Below are positions 1-12,432 of a stretch of DNA of 64,000 bases, in pieces. The notes beneath the pieces were generated by a model. It ran no database searches. It was not told where the DNA came from and was given only the letters and a program-made list of their open reading frames with translations. The position numbers and the translations under genes are program-made. Every line of letters begins with the position of its first letter. Positions within the stretch are counted from its first letter, which is position 1. The DNA comes from Ranitomeya imitator (Eukaryota), in the NCBI RefSeq assembly GCF_032444005.1, contig NC_091287.1:275776001-275840000 (forward strand). Direction: 5' to 3'.

Positions 1-171
1 CTTTTTTGGTCGCTGTCAGCATGTGCTCAGGGTCTGCTGTATAGCCACTTGAATTCCGGCACCTCCGGAGAGGAGTTTGTGTGTATGAATTCAGGGCTGG
101 CGTATAGCCACTAGCATTCCAGCACCTCCGGAGAGGAGTTGTTTGAGTGCTGTTGCTGACTGGGTGACCAC
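1..171 (+). mobile_element. Part of a Gypsy-type LTR (family B), interrupted by the hAT insertion; continues at 12596-12863
   Basis: Contiguous with 12596-12863 across the hAT TSD GTGACCAC; contains a ~61-bp tandem duplication (~36-140). Confidence 0.55.
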
Positions 172-1380
172 TAGAGTTGAGCGACCTTGACCTTTTTAGA
201 GTCGAGCCGGGTTTCGCGAAACCCGACTATCTCAAAAGTCGGGTCGAGTGAAATTGGCCGATTATGACGTAAAGTCGGGATCGACCGAAACACGAAACCC
301 AATGCAAGTCAATGGGGCAGCATAGTCGGCAGTGAGTGGGGGCCAGGAAAACACCTAGAGTGCCCATTTTAATGTCAAAACCATCCATTCTTCTTAATGA
401 AGCTTGTCAAGCGTAATTTACCTTATAATAATTGGAAGGCATTTGAAATTGGGGGTCATTTGGCTAAAGTTGTGGTGGGTAGGGCTGGTTCAAGTAATTA
501 GTGGGCCCAGGAAATCTGGACCACGTCACGGCAGTGGAGCACGGAGAGGTAAGTATTTCAACTTTGCAAGTGCTGTGAACCTGAGCAAGCAGGGGGGGCC
601 CATTCGTTGGCATTGGCACTGGCACAGGGCCCCTCAAAGTACAGCGGTGTGTTTGCACGGCGGGGGCGCCTCCCACCGGCAGCAACACTTTTGCGTACCA
701 TGAGAGGCCCTGTGCCAGTGACGTCGCCAACTAGTATTCCTCCCCCCACCTGATGAAGGAACCTGCACTTTCATCTGCACCTTCCTGTTTGTCCCCGTGT
801 AAGGTGGTATGGTATGCGGGAAGGGGGACCTGACTTTCAGCAGGGTCACAATCTTGCAGTGTAGCGTGCACGGGAAATGTTGCGTTATGGGTCAATGTAC
901 CAGCAGACTCATCTATCACTGGCTGGGCAATGGGGAGGATGAGGAGGAAACACAGATATAGGCCCAAAGAATAAAGTGGACTAAATGCAGTTCAAAATTG
1001 GTAACACAGGACTAATCAGGGGGCATTGCAGTGGAGGACAACTGGAATGAGAGGCTGACACAGAGAGTAGGCCCAAATCAGTAAGTAGTCGAAATGCAGT
1101 TCAAAATTGGCAACAGTAGTAAACAGGCGGCACAGCTTTGTTCAGTGGAGGAGAACAGCAAGGAGTGGCAGACACCGATAGTAGGCCCCAACCCAACTAG
1201 TAGGCCAAATGCAGTCTAACATTAACAACTACTTAACGAGCGCCTGAAAACGGAATTTCAGGACAGGAAACCAGGAGAACAGCAAGGAGCGGCAGACACC
1301 GATAGTAGGCCCCAAACCAACTAGTACGCCAAATGCAGTTGTTCCGTTTAACCACAATTTAATGAGAGCCTGAAGATAGA

Positions 1381-2590
1381 AGTTCAGGAAAGGCAACCTG
1401 GAGAACACCTTGGAGTGGAACACACCATCTCTCTACACCCCATACCCAATTTGTAGGTCTAATGCAGCGTAGTTTCCAACAACTACTAAACGAGAGCATG
1501 ATGATCGAAGCATTGGCGAGGAAACCTGGGGAACACCTTGGAGTGGAACACACCATCTCTCTACAGTGGAACCCAATTTGTAGGTCTAATGCAGCGTAGT
1601 TTCCAACAACTACTAAACGAGAGCCGGAAGATCGAAGCAATGGAGAGGAAACCTGGGGAACACCTTGGAGTGTAACACACCATCTCTCTACACCCCATAC
1701 CCAATTTGTAGGCCTAATGCAGCGTAGTTTCCAACAACTACTAAACGAGAGCCGGAAGATCGAAGCAATGGAGAGGAAACCTGGGGAACACCTTGGAGTG
1801 TAACACACCATCTCTCTACACCCCATACCCAATTTGTAGGCCTAATGGAGCGTAGTTTCCAACAACTACTAAACGAGAGCCGGAAGATCGAAGCAATGGA
1901 GAGGAAACCTGGGGAACACCTTGGAGTGTAACACACCATCTCTCTACACCCCATACCCAATTTGTAGGCCTAATGCAGCGTAGTTTCCAACAACTACTAA
2001 ACGAGAGCCGAAAGATCGAAGCAATGGAGAGGAAACCTGGGGAACACCTTGGAGTGTAACACACCATCTCTCTACACCCCATACCCAATTTGTAGGCCTA
2101 ATGCAGCGTAGTTTCCAACAACTACTAGATGAGAGCCGGAAGATCGAAGCTCAGGAAAGGCAACCTGGAGAACACCTTGGAGTGGAACACACCATCTCTC
2201 TACACCCCATACCCAATTTGTAGGCCCAATGCAGCGTAGTTTCCAACAACTACTAAACGAGAGCCGGAAGATCGAAGCATTGGAGAGGAAACCTGGGGAA
2301 CACCTTGGAGTGTAACACACCATCTCTCTACACCCCATACCCAATTTGTAGGCCTAATGCAGCGTAGTTTCCAACAACTACTAAACGAGAGCCGGAAGAT
2401 CGAAGCAATGGAGAGGAAACCTGGGGAACACCTTGGAGTGTAACACACCATCTCTCTACACCCCATACCCAATTTGTAGGCCTAATGCAGCGTAGTTTCC
2501 AACAACTACTAAACGAGAGCCGGAAGATCGAAGCTCAGGAAAGGCAACCTGGGGAACACCTTGGAGTGTAACAAACCCTCTCTCTACACC
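1381..2590. repeat. 128-bp tandem array (~9.4 copies) inside the hAT 3' region
   Basis: Unit ACCTGGGGAACACCTTGGAGTGTAACACACCATCTCTCTACACCCCATACCCAATTTGTAGGCCTAATGCAGCG... recurs every 128 bp; more diverged related units at ~960-1380. Confidence 0.97.
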
Positions 2591-3042
2591 ACGGAAGGGC
2601 TGATTCTTAGGAAGGAAGGCTGTCGGAAAGAAGCAGGGCGCGTCCGAGGGTGATTATATTCTTATTAGGTATATACTCACCCTCGGACACGCCCTGCTTC
2701 TTTATTTGTAATGAATGTTTATTTGCAATGTGGTTTTGACTTACTCTATTTTTTTGGTAAATAATGATTTTATTATTTTCATTGTTTTGCTTCTTCTTGG
2801 CAATAATATAAAGAAGACGCGACAGGACAACACTCGGTGGATGCCATATCTGTGTTTAAAATTGAAAAAACCTTTCAGTTAACTACTTGCAGGAGAAAGT
2901 TATTGTAGCTGGTGGCCATTTTTAGTACTGTACCAGATTTTTGTTGTATGTGTTTGTTTTTAATGTTAAAATGTCTGCATTTGATATCTCTCCAGTATTT
3001 TCTTTTTTATAAGCAAAATACTTATTTTTATATTTTCTGATG

Positions 3043-5032
3043 TTGGTTCCAGGGGTACACGGGCAGCAGTGGTGTGGTCAGTGGAGGCCTAGTGGAAGGA
3101 GTGACCGCAGACAGGCATCGAAGGCCTAAAATAATAACACATGGCTGTAGGCAATTTTAAATTGGTTCCAGGGGTACACGGGCAGCAGTGGTGTGGTCAG
3201 TGGAGGCCTAGTGGAAGGAGTCACCGCAGACAGGCATCGAAGGCCTAAAATAATAACACATGGCTGTAGGCAATTTTAAATTGGTTCCAGGGGTACACGG
3301 GCAGCAGTGGTGTGGTCAGTGGAGGCCTGGTGGAAGGAGTCACCGCAGACAGGCATCGAAGGCCTAAAATAATAACACATGGCTGTAGGCAATTTTAAAT
3401 TGGTTACAGGGGTACACGGGCAGCAGTGGTGTGGTCAGTGGAGGCCTAGTGGAAGGAGTCACCGCAGACAGGCATCGAAGGCCTAAAATAATAACACATG
3501 GCTGTAGGCAATTTTAAAATGGTTACAGGGGTACACGGGCAGCAGTGGTGTGGTCAGTGGAGGCCTAGTGGAAGGAGTCACCGCAGACAGGCATCGAAGG
3601 CCTAAAATAATAACACATGGCTGTAGGCAATTTTAAATTGGTTCCAGGGGTACACGGGCAGCAGTGGTGTGGTCAGTGGAGGCCTGGTGGAAGGAGTCAC
3701 CGCAGACAGGCATCGAAGGCCTAAAATAATAACACATGGCTGTAGGCAATTTTAAATTGGTTACAGGGGTACACGGGCAGCAGTGGTGTGGTCAGTGGAG
3801 GCCTAGTGGAAGGAGTGACCGCAGACAGGCATCGAAGGCCTGAAATAATAACACATGGCTGTAGGCAATTTTAAATTGGTTCCAGGGGTACACGGGCAGC
3901 AGTGGTGTGGTCAGTGGAGGCCTAGTGGAAGGAGTCACCGCAGACAGGCATCGAAGGCCTAAAATAATAACACATGGCTGTAGGCAATTTTAAATTGGTT
4001 ACAGGGGTACACGGGCAGCAGTGGTGTGGTCAGTGGAGGCCTAGTGGAAGGAGTCACCGCAGACAGGCATCGAAGGCCTAAAATAATAACACATGGCTGT
4101 AGGCAATTTTAAATTGGTTCCAGGGGTACACGGGCAGCAGTGGTGTGGTCAGTGGAGGCCTAGTGGAAGGAGTCACCGCAGACAGGCATCGAAGGCCTAA
4201 AATAATAACACATGGCTGTAGGCAATTTTAAATTGGTTACAGGGGTACACGGGCAGCAGTGGTGTGGTCAGTGGAGGCCTAGTGGAAGGAGTCACCGCAG
4301 ACAGGCATCGAAGGCCTAAAATAATAACACATGGCTGTAGGCAATTTTAAAATGGTTACAGGGGTACACGGGCAGCAGTGGTGTGGTCAGTGGAGGCCTA
4401 GTGGAAGGAGTCACCGCAGACAGGCATCGAAGGCCTAAAATAATAACACATGGCTGTAGGCAATTTTAAATTGGTTCCAGGGGTACACGGGCAGCAGTGG
4501 TGTGGTCAGTGGAGGCCTGGTGGAAGGAGTCACCGCAGACAGGCATCGAAGGCCTAAAATAATAACACATGGCTGTAGGCAATTTTAAATTGGTTACAGG
4601 GGTACACGGGCAGCAGTGGTGTGGTCAGTGGAGGCCTAGTGGAAGGAGTGACCGCAGACAGGCATCGAAGGCCTAAAATAATAACACATGGCTGTAGGCA
4701 ATTTTAAATTGGTTCCAGGGGTACACGGGCAGCAGTGGTGTGGTCAGTGGAGGCCTAGTGGAAGGAGTCACCGCAGACAGGCATCGAAGGCCTAAAATAA
4801 TAACACATGGCTGTAGGCAATTTTAAATGGGTTCCAGGGGTACACGGGCAGCAGTGGTGTGGTCAGTGGAGGCCTAGTGGAAGGAGTGACCGCAGACAGG
4901 CATCGAAGGCCTAAAATAATAACACATGGCTGTAGGCAATTTTAAATTGGTTACAGGGGTACACGGGCAGCAGTGGTGTGGTCAGCGGAGGCCTAGTGGA
5001 AGGAGTGACCACAGACAGGCATCGAAGGCCTA
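3043..5032. repeat. 119-bp tandem array (~16.7 copies) inside the hAT 3' region
   Basis: AGGGGTACAC recurs at 3051, 3170, 3289 and so on; units are nearly identical with a few variant sites. Confidence 0.98.
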
Positions 5033-5503
5033 ACATAACAAAAATGTCAATACAATGGTATTGTCAGTGGCAGGCATTGAAGGATGTCAGCGCATAGACT
5101 AAACATTGGTGGAGCTGTGAGATAATTTTGCAAGTGGTAGAGCACTGTTTAAGCTGGGGTGGGGGGAATCTGTCTTGTGGCCGGCGGTACAGGCCCAGGG
5201 CCCCTCATATTACAACGGTGTGTCTGACGTTGGGTGCGCACCACCACCGCCAGAGACACTTTATTGTACTAGGAGGGACCCAGTGGCAGTGCCGTCGACC
5301 AAAAGCGGGCTCACCCACCTCTTCAGACAAACTGCACTCTCACGGGTGCTGTCGCCAAGTGTCGATACCACGGCCCCGTGTGGGGAGTTTGGCCATTTAG
5401 TGAGGTGTAAACATGTCGTATGCTGGACAATCAGGTGCAGAAAATTACGAGATTGGAAAAGGCATTCAGAATAGTCCACAGGCAAGACCTTTTCATAGGA
5501 AAG

Positions 5504-7528
5504 CTAGGTGTCAGCCGGGCAAGGTGGGGCAAAAGATTTCGAAATCCAGTTGTGGTTCATTTTATTGAAGGTTAGATCATCTACATTTTGGGTAGCCAGA
5601 CGAGTCCTTTTTTCTGTTAGTATTGAACCTGCAGCACTGAATACTCTTTCTGATAGGACACTAGCTGCCGGGCAAGCAAGCTCCTGCAATGCATATTCTG
5701 CCAATTCTGGCCAGGTGTCTAATTTTGATGCCCAGTAATCAAATGGGAATGACGGTTGAGGGAGAACATCGATAAGGGATGAAAAATAGTTTGTAACCAT
5801 ACTGGACAAATGTTGTCTCCTGTCACTTTGAATTGATGCTGCAGTACCTGTCCTGTCTGCGGTCATAGCAAAATCACTCCACAACCTGGTCAGAAAACCC
5901 CTCTGGCCAACGCCACTTCTGATTTCTGCCCCTCTAACTCCTCTGGTCTGCTGGCCCCTGCAGCTCATGTGAGAACGATCACGGGCGCTGTGTGCAGGGA
6001 ATGCCAGAAGCAAACGGTCAACAAGAGTTGATTGTTTGGTTGCTAATATTAGTTCCAAGTTCTCATGTGGCATTATATTTTGCAATTTGCCTTTATAGCG
6101 AGGATCAAGGAGGCAGGCCAACCAGTAATCGTCATCATTCATCATTTTAGTTATGCGTGTGTCCCTTTTGAGGATACGTAAGGCATAATCCGCCATGTGG
6201 GCCAAAGTTCCAGTTCTCAAATCTGCGGTTGTGCTTGGTTGAGGGGCAGTTTCAGGCAAATCCACGTCACTTGTGTCCCTCAAAAAACCAGAACCCGGCC
6301 TTGCCGCGCCACCAATTTCCAGTGGCCCCGGAAAAGCTTCCTCATTAAAAATATAATCATCCCCATCATCCTCCTCGTCCTCCTCCTCCTCTTCGCCCGC
6401 TACCTCGTCCTGTACACTGCCCTGGCCAGACAATGGCTGACTGTCATCAAGGCTTTCCTCTTCCTCAGCTGCAGACGCCTGATCCTTTATGTGCGTCAAA
6501 CTTTGCATCAGCAGACGCATTAGGGGGATGCTCATGCTTATTATGGTGTTGTCTGCACTAACCAGCCGTGTGCATTCCTCAAAACACTGAAGGACTTGGC
6601 ACATGTCTTGAATCTTCGACCACTGCACACCTGACAACTCCATGTCTGCCATCCTACTGCCTGCCCGTGTATGTGTATCCTCCCACAAAAACATAACAGC
6701 CCGCCTCTGTTCACACAGTCTCTGAAGCATGTGCAGTGTTGAGTTCCACCTTGTTGCAATGTCTATGATTAGGCGATGCTGGGGAAGGTTCAAAGAACGC
6801 TGATAGGTCTGCATACGGCTGGAGTGTACGGGCGAACGGCGGATATGTGAGCAAAGTCCACGCACTTTGAGGAGCAGGTCGGATAACCCCGGATAACTTT
6901 TCAGGAAGCACTGCACCACCAGGTTTAAGGTGTGAGCCAGGCAAGGAATGTGTTTCAGTTGGGAAAGGGAGATGGCAGCCATGAAATTCCTTCCGTTATC
7001 ACTCACTACCTTGCCTGCCTCAAGATCTACAGTGCCCAGCCACGACTGCGTTTCTTTCTGCAAGAACTCGGACAGAACTTCCGTGGTGTGTCTGTTGTCG
7101 CCCAAACACTTCATAGCCAATACAGCCTGCTGACGTTTGCCAGTAGCTGCCCCATAATGGGAGACCTGGTGTGCAAGAGTGGCAGCTGCGGATGGAGTGG
7201 TTGTGCGACTGCGGTCTGTGGACGAGCTCTCGCTTCTGGAGGAGGACGAAGAGGAGGAGGAGGGGGTGCGAACGGCTACAGCCAATTGTTTCCTAGACCG
7301 TGGGCTAGGCAGAACTGTCCCAAACTTGCTGTCCCCTGTGGACCCTGCATCCACCACATTTACCCAGTGTGCCGTGATGGACACGTAACGTCCCTGGCCA
7401 TGCCTACTGGTCCATGCATCTGTTGTCAGGTGCACCTTTGTGCTCACAGATTGCCTGAGTGCATGGACGATGCGCTCTTTAACATGCTGGTGGAGGGCTG
7501 GGATGGCTTTTCTGGAAAAAAGTGTCAA
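5504..7528 (-). pseudogene. hAT transposase, C-terminal part (DDE catalytic, insertion and dimerization domains)
   Basis: Motifs HLTTDAWTS (D), VVSDNGRN (D), CLAHTLNL (CxxH), ATRWNS, WLACLLDPRYK, SVLSERVFSAAG (E); out of frame with the upstream part. Confidence 0.95.
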
Positions 7529-9072
7529 CTGGGTAGCTCGTAGCGTGGTACAGCGTAGTCCATCAGCGCTTTGAAAGCTTCGCTTTCAACTAACCGGTAG
7601 GGCATCATCTCTAACGAGATTAGTCTAGCTATGTGTGCGTTCAAACCCTGTGTACGCGGATGCGAGGCTAAGTACTTCCTTTTTCTAACCATAGTCTCAT
7701 GTAGGGTGAGCTGGACTGGAGAGCTGGAGATCGTGGAACTAGCGGGGGTGCCGGTGGACATGGCAGACTGAGAGACGGTGGGAGATGGTATTGTTGCCAC
7801 CGGTGCCCTAGATGCAGTGTTTCCTACTACGAAACTGGTGATTCCCTGACCCTGACTGCTTTGGCCTGGCAAAGAAACCTGCACAGATACTGCAGGTGGT
7901 GCGGAAAATGGTGGCCCTACACTGCCGGAAGGGATGTTGCGTTGCTGACTAGCTTCATTGGCCGAGGGTGCTACAACCTTAAGGGACGTTTGGTAGTTAG
8001 TCCAGGCTTGCAAATGCATGGTGGTTAAATGTCTATGCATGCAACTTGTATTGAGACTTTTCAGATTCTGTCCTCTGCTTAAGGTAGTTGAACATTTTTG
8101 ACAGATGACTTTGCGCTGATCAATTGGATGTTGTTTAAAAAAATGCCAGACTGCACTCTTTCTAGCATCGGATACCTTTTCAGGCATTGCAGACTGAGCT
8201 TTAACCGGATGGCCACGCTGTCCTCCAACAGGTTTTGGCTTTGCCACGCGTTTTGGGCAAGATACGGGCCCGGCAGATGGAACCTGTTGCGATGTTGATG
8301 CCTGCTGCGGCCCCTCCTCCTCCGCTTCAGAACTGCTGCCGCCTGCACCCTGTTCCCCCAATGGCTGCCAATCGGGGTCAAGAACTGGGTCATCTATTAC
8401 CTCTTCTTGTAGCTCGTGTGCAACTTCGTCTGTGTCACCGTGTCGGTCGGTGGTATAGCGTTCGTGATGGGGCAACATAGTCTCATCAGGGTCTGATTCT
8501 TGATCAGCACCCTGCGAGGGCAATGTTGTTGTCTGAGTCAAAGGACCAGCATAGTAGTCTGGCTGTGGCTGTGCATCAGTGCACTCCATGTCAGATTCAA
8601 CTTGTAATGGGCATGGACTGTTAACTGCTTCACTTTCTAAGCCAGGGACGGTATGTGTAAAGAGCTCCATGGAGTAACCCGTTGTGTCGCCTGCTGCATT
8701 CTTCTCTGTTGTTGTTTTTGCTGAAGAGGACAAGGAAGCGACTTGTCCCTGACCGTGAACATCCACTAACGACGCGCTGCTTTGACATTTACCAGTTTCA
8801 CGAGAGGAGGCAAAAGAGCTAGAGGCTGAGTCAGCAAGATAAGCCAAAACTTGCTCTTGCTGCTCCGGCTTTAAAAGCGGTTTTCCTACTCCCAGAAAAG
8901 GGAGCGTTCGAGGCCTTGTGTAGCCAGACGACGAACCTGGCTCCACAGCTCCAGACTTAGGTGCAATATTTTTTTTCCCACGACCAGCTGATGCTCCACC
9001 ACTACCACTACCCTCATTACCAGCTGACAATGAACGCCCCCGGCCACGACCTCTTCCACCATACTTCCTCAT
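7525..9072 (-). pseudogene. hAT transposase, N-terminal part (RG-rich disordered region and BED zinc finger)
   Basis: Starts MRKYGGRGRGRGR; BED finger WHFF...VICQKC...MHRHLTTMH; ends PRYELPS* at a TGA next to a 6-T run. Confidence 0.93.
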
Positions 9073-9231
9073 TGTTTTAAAAACGTAAACAAACTAACGG
9101 TATTTGTTGCTGTCACACAAATTACACGGTGAGCTATAACTTCAGTATGATTTAGCTACCCCTTTACAGGTGAGTGAGACCACAACGAAAATCAGGCACA
9201 ATGTTACACACTCTGTTGTTGGTGGCAACAA

Positions 9232-11830
9232 ATGAGAGAGATGCCACACACGCAGGACTGTCACTGAAGCACAAATGTAAATATTAATCTCCCACTGATT
9301 TGATTTTTTTTTTTTTTTTAAGGGAGACTTTAGGAAAAAAAAATAATAGAATAAAATGATTTTTTCAGGAAGAATTTAGAAACCAAATAAAATAAAATGA
9401 TTTTTTCAGGGAGAATTTAGAAAACAAATAAAACAAAAAAAGGCTTTCTATGGCCCACTGAGTGAGAGATGACGCACACAGGAGTCAGGAGTGGCACACA
9501 AGCCCAGAGGCCAATATTTATCTCCCACTGATTGATGTAGTGATTTTTTCAGGTAGATTTTGGAACCCAAATCAAGCTAAAAAAATAATAGGCTTTCTAT
9601 GGCCCACAATTGGAGAGAGAGAGAGAGATGGCACACCCAGGAGTCAAGACTGGCACACAAGCAGAAAGGGCAATATTAATCTCCCACTGATTTGTTTTTT
9701 TTTTGTTTTTTTTTCAGGGAGACTTTAGGGAAAAAAAAAATAGAATAAAATGATTTTTTCAGGAAGAATTTAGAAACCAAAGAAAATAAAATGATTTTTT
9801 CAGGGAGAATTTAGAAAAGAAATAAAACAAAAAAAGGCTTTCTATGGCCCACTGAGTGAGAGATGACGCACACAGGAGTCAGGAGTGGCACACAAGCCCA
9901 GAGGCCAATATTTATCTCCCACTGATTGATGTAGTGATTTTTTCAGGTAGATTTTGGAACCCAAATCAAGCTAAAAAAATAATAGGCTTTCTATGGCCCA
10001 CAATTGGAGAGAGAGAGAGAGATGGCACACCCAGGAGTCAAGACTGGCACACAAGCAGAAAGGGCAATATTAATCTCCCACTGATTTGTTTTTTTTTTTT
10101 TTTTTTCAGGGAGACTTTAGGAAAAAAAAAATAGAATAAAATGATTTTTTCAGGAAGAATTTAGAAACCAAATAAAATAAAATGATTTTTTCAGGGAGAA
10201 TTTAGAAAACAAATAAAACAAAAAAAGGCTTTCTATGGCCCACTGAGTGAGAGATGACGCACACAGGAGTCAGGAGTGGCACACAAGCCCAGAGGCCAAT
10301 ATTTATCTCCCACTGATTGATGTAGTGATTTTTTCAGGTAGATTTTGGAACCCAAATCAAGCTAAAAAAATAATAGGCTTTCTATGGCCCACAATTGGAG
10401 AGAGAGAGAGAGAGATGGCACACCCAGGAGTCAAGACTGGCACACAAGCAGAAAGGGCAATATTAATCTCCCACTGATTTGTTTTTTTTTTTTTTTTTTT
10501 TCAGGGAGACTTTAGGAAAAAAAAAATAGAATAAAATGATTTTTTCAGGAAGAATTTAGAAACCAAAGAAAATAAAATGATTTTTTCAGGGAGAATTTAG
10601 AAAACAAATAAAACAAAAAAAGGCTTTCTATGGCCCACTGAGTGAGAGATGACGCACACAGGAGTCAGGAGTGGCACACAAGCCCAGAGGCCAATATTTA
10701 TCTCCCACTTTTTTTTTTTTGTTCCAGGGAAAATTTATAAACCCAATAAAAAAAATAATAAATAGGCTTTCTATGGCCCACTATCTTAGAGACAGAGAGA
10801 GATGGCACGCTTAGGACTGGCACACAAGCCCAAAGGCCAATATTAATCTCCCTTTTTTTTTAAGGGAGAATTTATAAAACCAAAAAAAATAAAAATAAAT
10901 AGGCTTTCTATGGCCCACTATTTGTGAGAGAGATGGCACGCTCAGGACTGGCACACAAGCCCAGAGGCCAATATTAATCTCCCACTTTTTTTTTTTTTCC
11001 AGGGAAAATTTATAAACCCATTAAAAAAAAAAATAAATAAATAGGCTTTCTATGGCCCACTATCTGAGAGAGAGAGATGGCACGCTTAGGACTGGCACAC
11101 AAGCCCAAAGGCCAATATTAATCTCCCTTTTTTTTAAGGGAGAATTTATAAAACCAAAAAAAAATAAATAAATAGGCTTTCTATGGCCCACTTTTTGTGA
11201 GAGAGATGGCACGCTCAGGACTGGCACACAAGCCCAGAGGCCAATATTAATCTCCCACTTTTTTTTTTTTCCAGGGAAAATTTATAAACCCATTAAAAAA
11301 AAAAAAAAATAAATAGGCTTTCTATGGCCCACTATCTGAGAGAGAGAGATGGCACGCTTAGGACTGGCACACAAGCCCAAAGGCCAATATTAATCTCCCA
11401 CTGATTGATTTATTGATTTTTTCAGGTAGAATTTAGAACCCAAATAAAGCAAAAAAAAAAAAAAAATGGGCTTTCTATGGCCCACTGAGTGAGTGATGAT
11501 GCACACAGGAGTCAGGAGTGGCACACAAGCCCTGAGGCCAATATTTTTCTCCCACTGATTGATGTAGTGATTTTTTCAGGTAGATTTTAGAACCAAAATC
11601 AAGCAAAAAAATAAATAGGCTTTCTATGGCCCACTGAGTGAGTGATGATGCACACAGGAGTCAAGAGTGGCACACAAGCCCTGAGGCCAATATTTTTCTC
11701 CCACTGATTGATGTAGTGATTTTTTCAGGTAGATTTTATAACCCAAATCAAGCAAAAAAATAAATAGGCTTTCTATGGCCCACTGAGTGAGAGATGACAC
11801 AGACAGGGATGGCACTCTAGCAGAAATGTC
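9232..11830. repeat. Complex higher-order tandem array in the hAT 5' region
   Basis: 15 copies of GGCTTTCTATGGCCCAC (9442, 9591, 9836, 9985, 10227, 10376, 10622, 10765, 10902, 11044, 11175, 11316, 11469, 11618, 11767), organised as ~391-394-bp dimers, then ~270-280-bp dimers, then ~150-bp monomers. Confidence 0.95.
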
Positions 11831-12299
11831 AATCTTAATCTCCCACAAAAAAAAAAAAAAAACAGGGAGTGTCCTTCAATTACTATCTCCCTGCAGTAAT
11901 CTCAGCCAGGTATGGCAGGCAGCAATAAGGAGTGGACTGATGCACAAATTAAATAAAAAGTGTGTACAAACCAAAAAGATAGCTGTGCAGAAAGGAAGGA
12001 ACAAGAGGATTTGTGCTTTGAAAAAAGCAGTTGGTTTGCACAGCGGCGTACACACAGCAATGCAGCTATCAGGGAGCCTTCTAGGGCAGCCCAATGAGCT
12101 ACAGCGCTGAGGGAAAAAAAAAAAATGTAGCTTCCACTGTCCCTGCACACCGAAGGTGGTGTTGGGCAGTGGAAATCGCTACAGCACAAGCGGTTTGGTG
12201 GTTAATGGACCCTGCCTAACGCTATCCCTGCTTCTGACGAAGCGGCAGCAACCTCTCCCTAAGCTCAGATCAGCAGCAGTAACATGGCGGTCGGCGGGA

Positions 12300-12432
12300 A
12301 CGCCCCTTTATAGCCCCTGTGACGCCGCAGACAGCAAGCCAATCACTGCAATGCCCTTCTCTAAGATGGTGGGGACCAGGACCTATGTCATCACGCTGCC
12401 CACACTCTGCGTTTACCTTCATTGGCTGAGAA
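12300..12432 (-). promoter_or_regulatory. Putative Pol II promoter of the hAT transposase
   Basis: Minus-strand TATAAA (plus TTTATA ~12307-12312) with two CCAAT boxes upstream (~12338 and ~12421), oriented toward the transposase. Inference from motifs only. Confidence 0.45.

Noticed and set aside
1359-2472. Repeated 90-157-aa ORFs (MGMGCREMVCYTPRC...)
   Set aside because: Translations of the 128-bp tandem unit, which is not a multiple of 3; no protein signature.
3043-5032. CRISPR-like regular array
   Set aside because: Units are contiguous and near-identical with no unique spacers, no cas genes are present, and the context is eukaryotic.
7505-7540. Programmed -1 frameshift joining the transposase halves
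   Set aside because: The TGA precedes the T-run, and the homologous old copy shows the region is normally one frame.
9462-10477. Repeated ORFs MRDDAHRSQEW...
   Set aside because: Products of the ~390-bp repeat.
1760-11240. Shared AGGCC core in several hAT array monomers
   Set aside because: A 5-6-bp word is too short to distinguish from chance.
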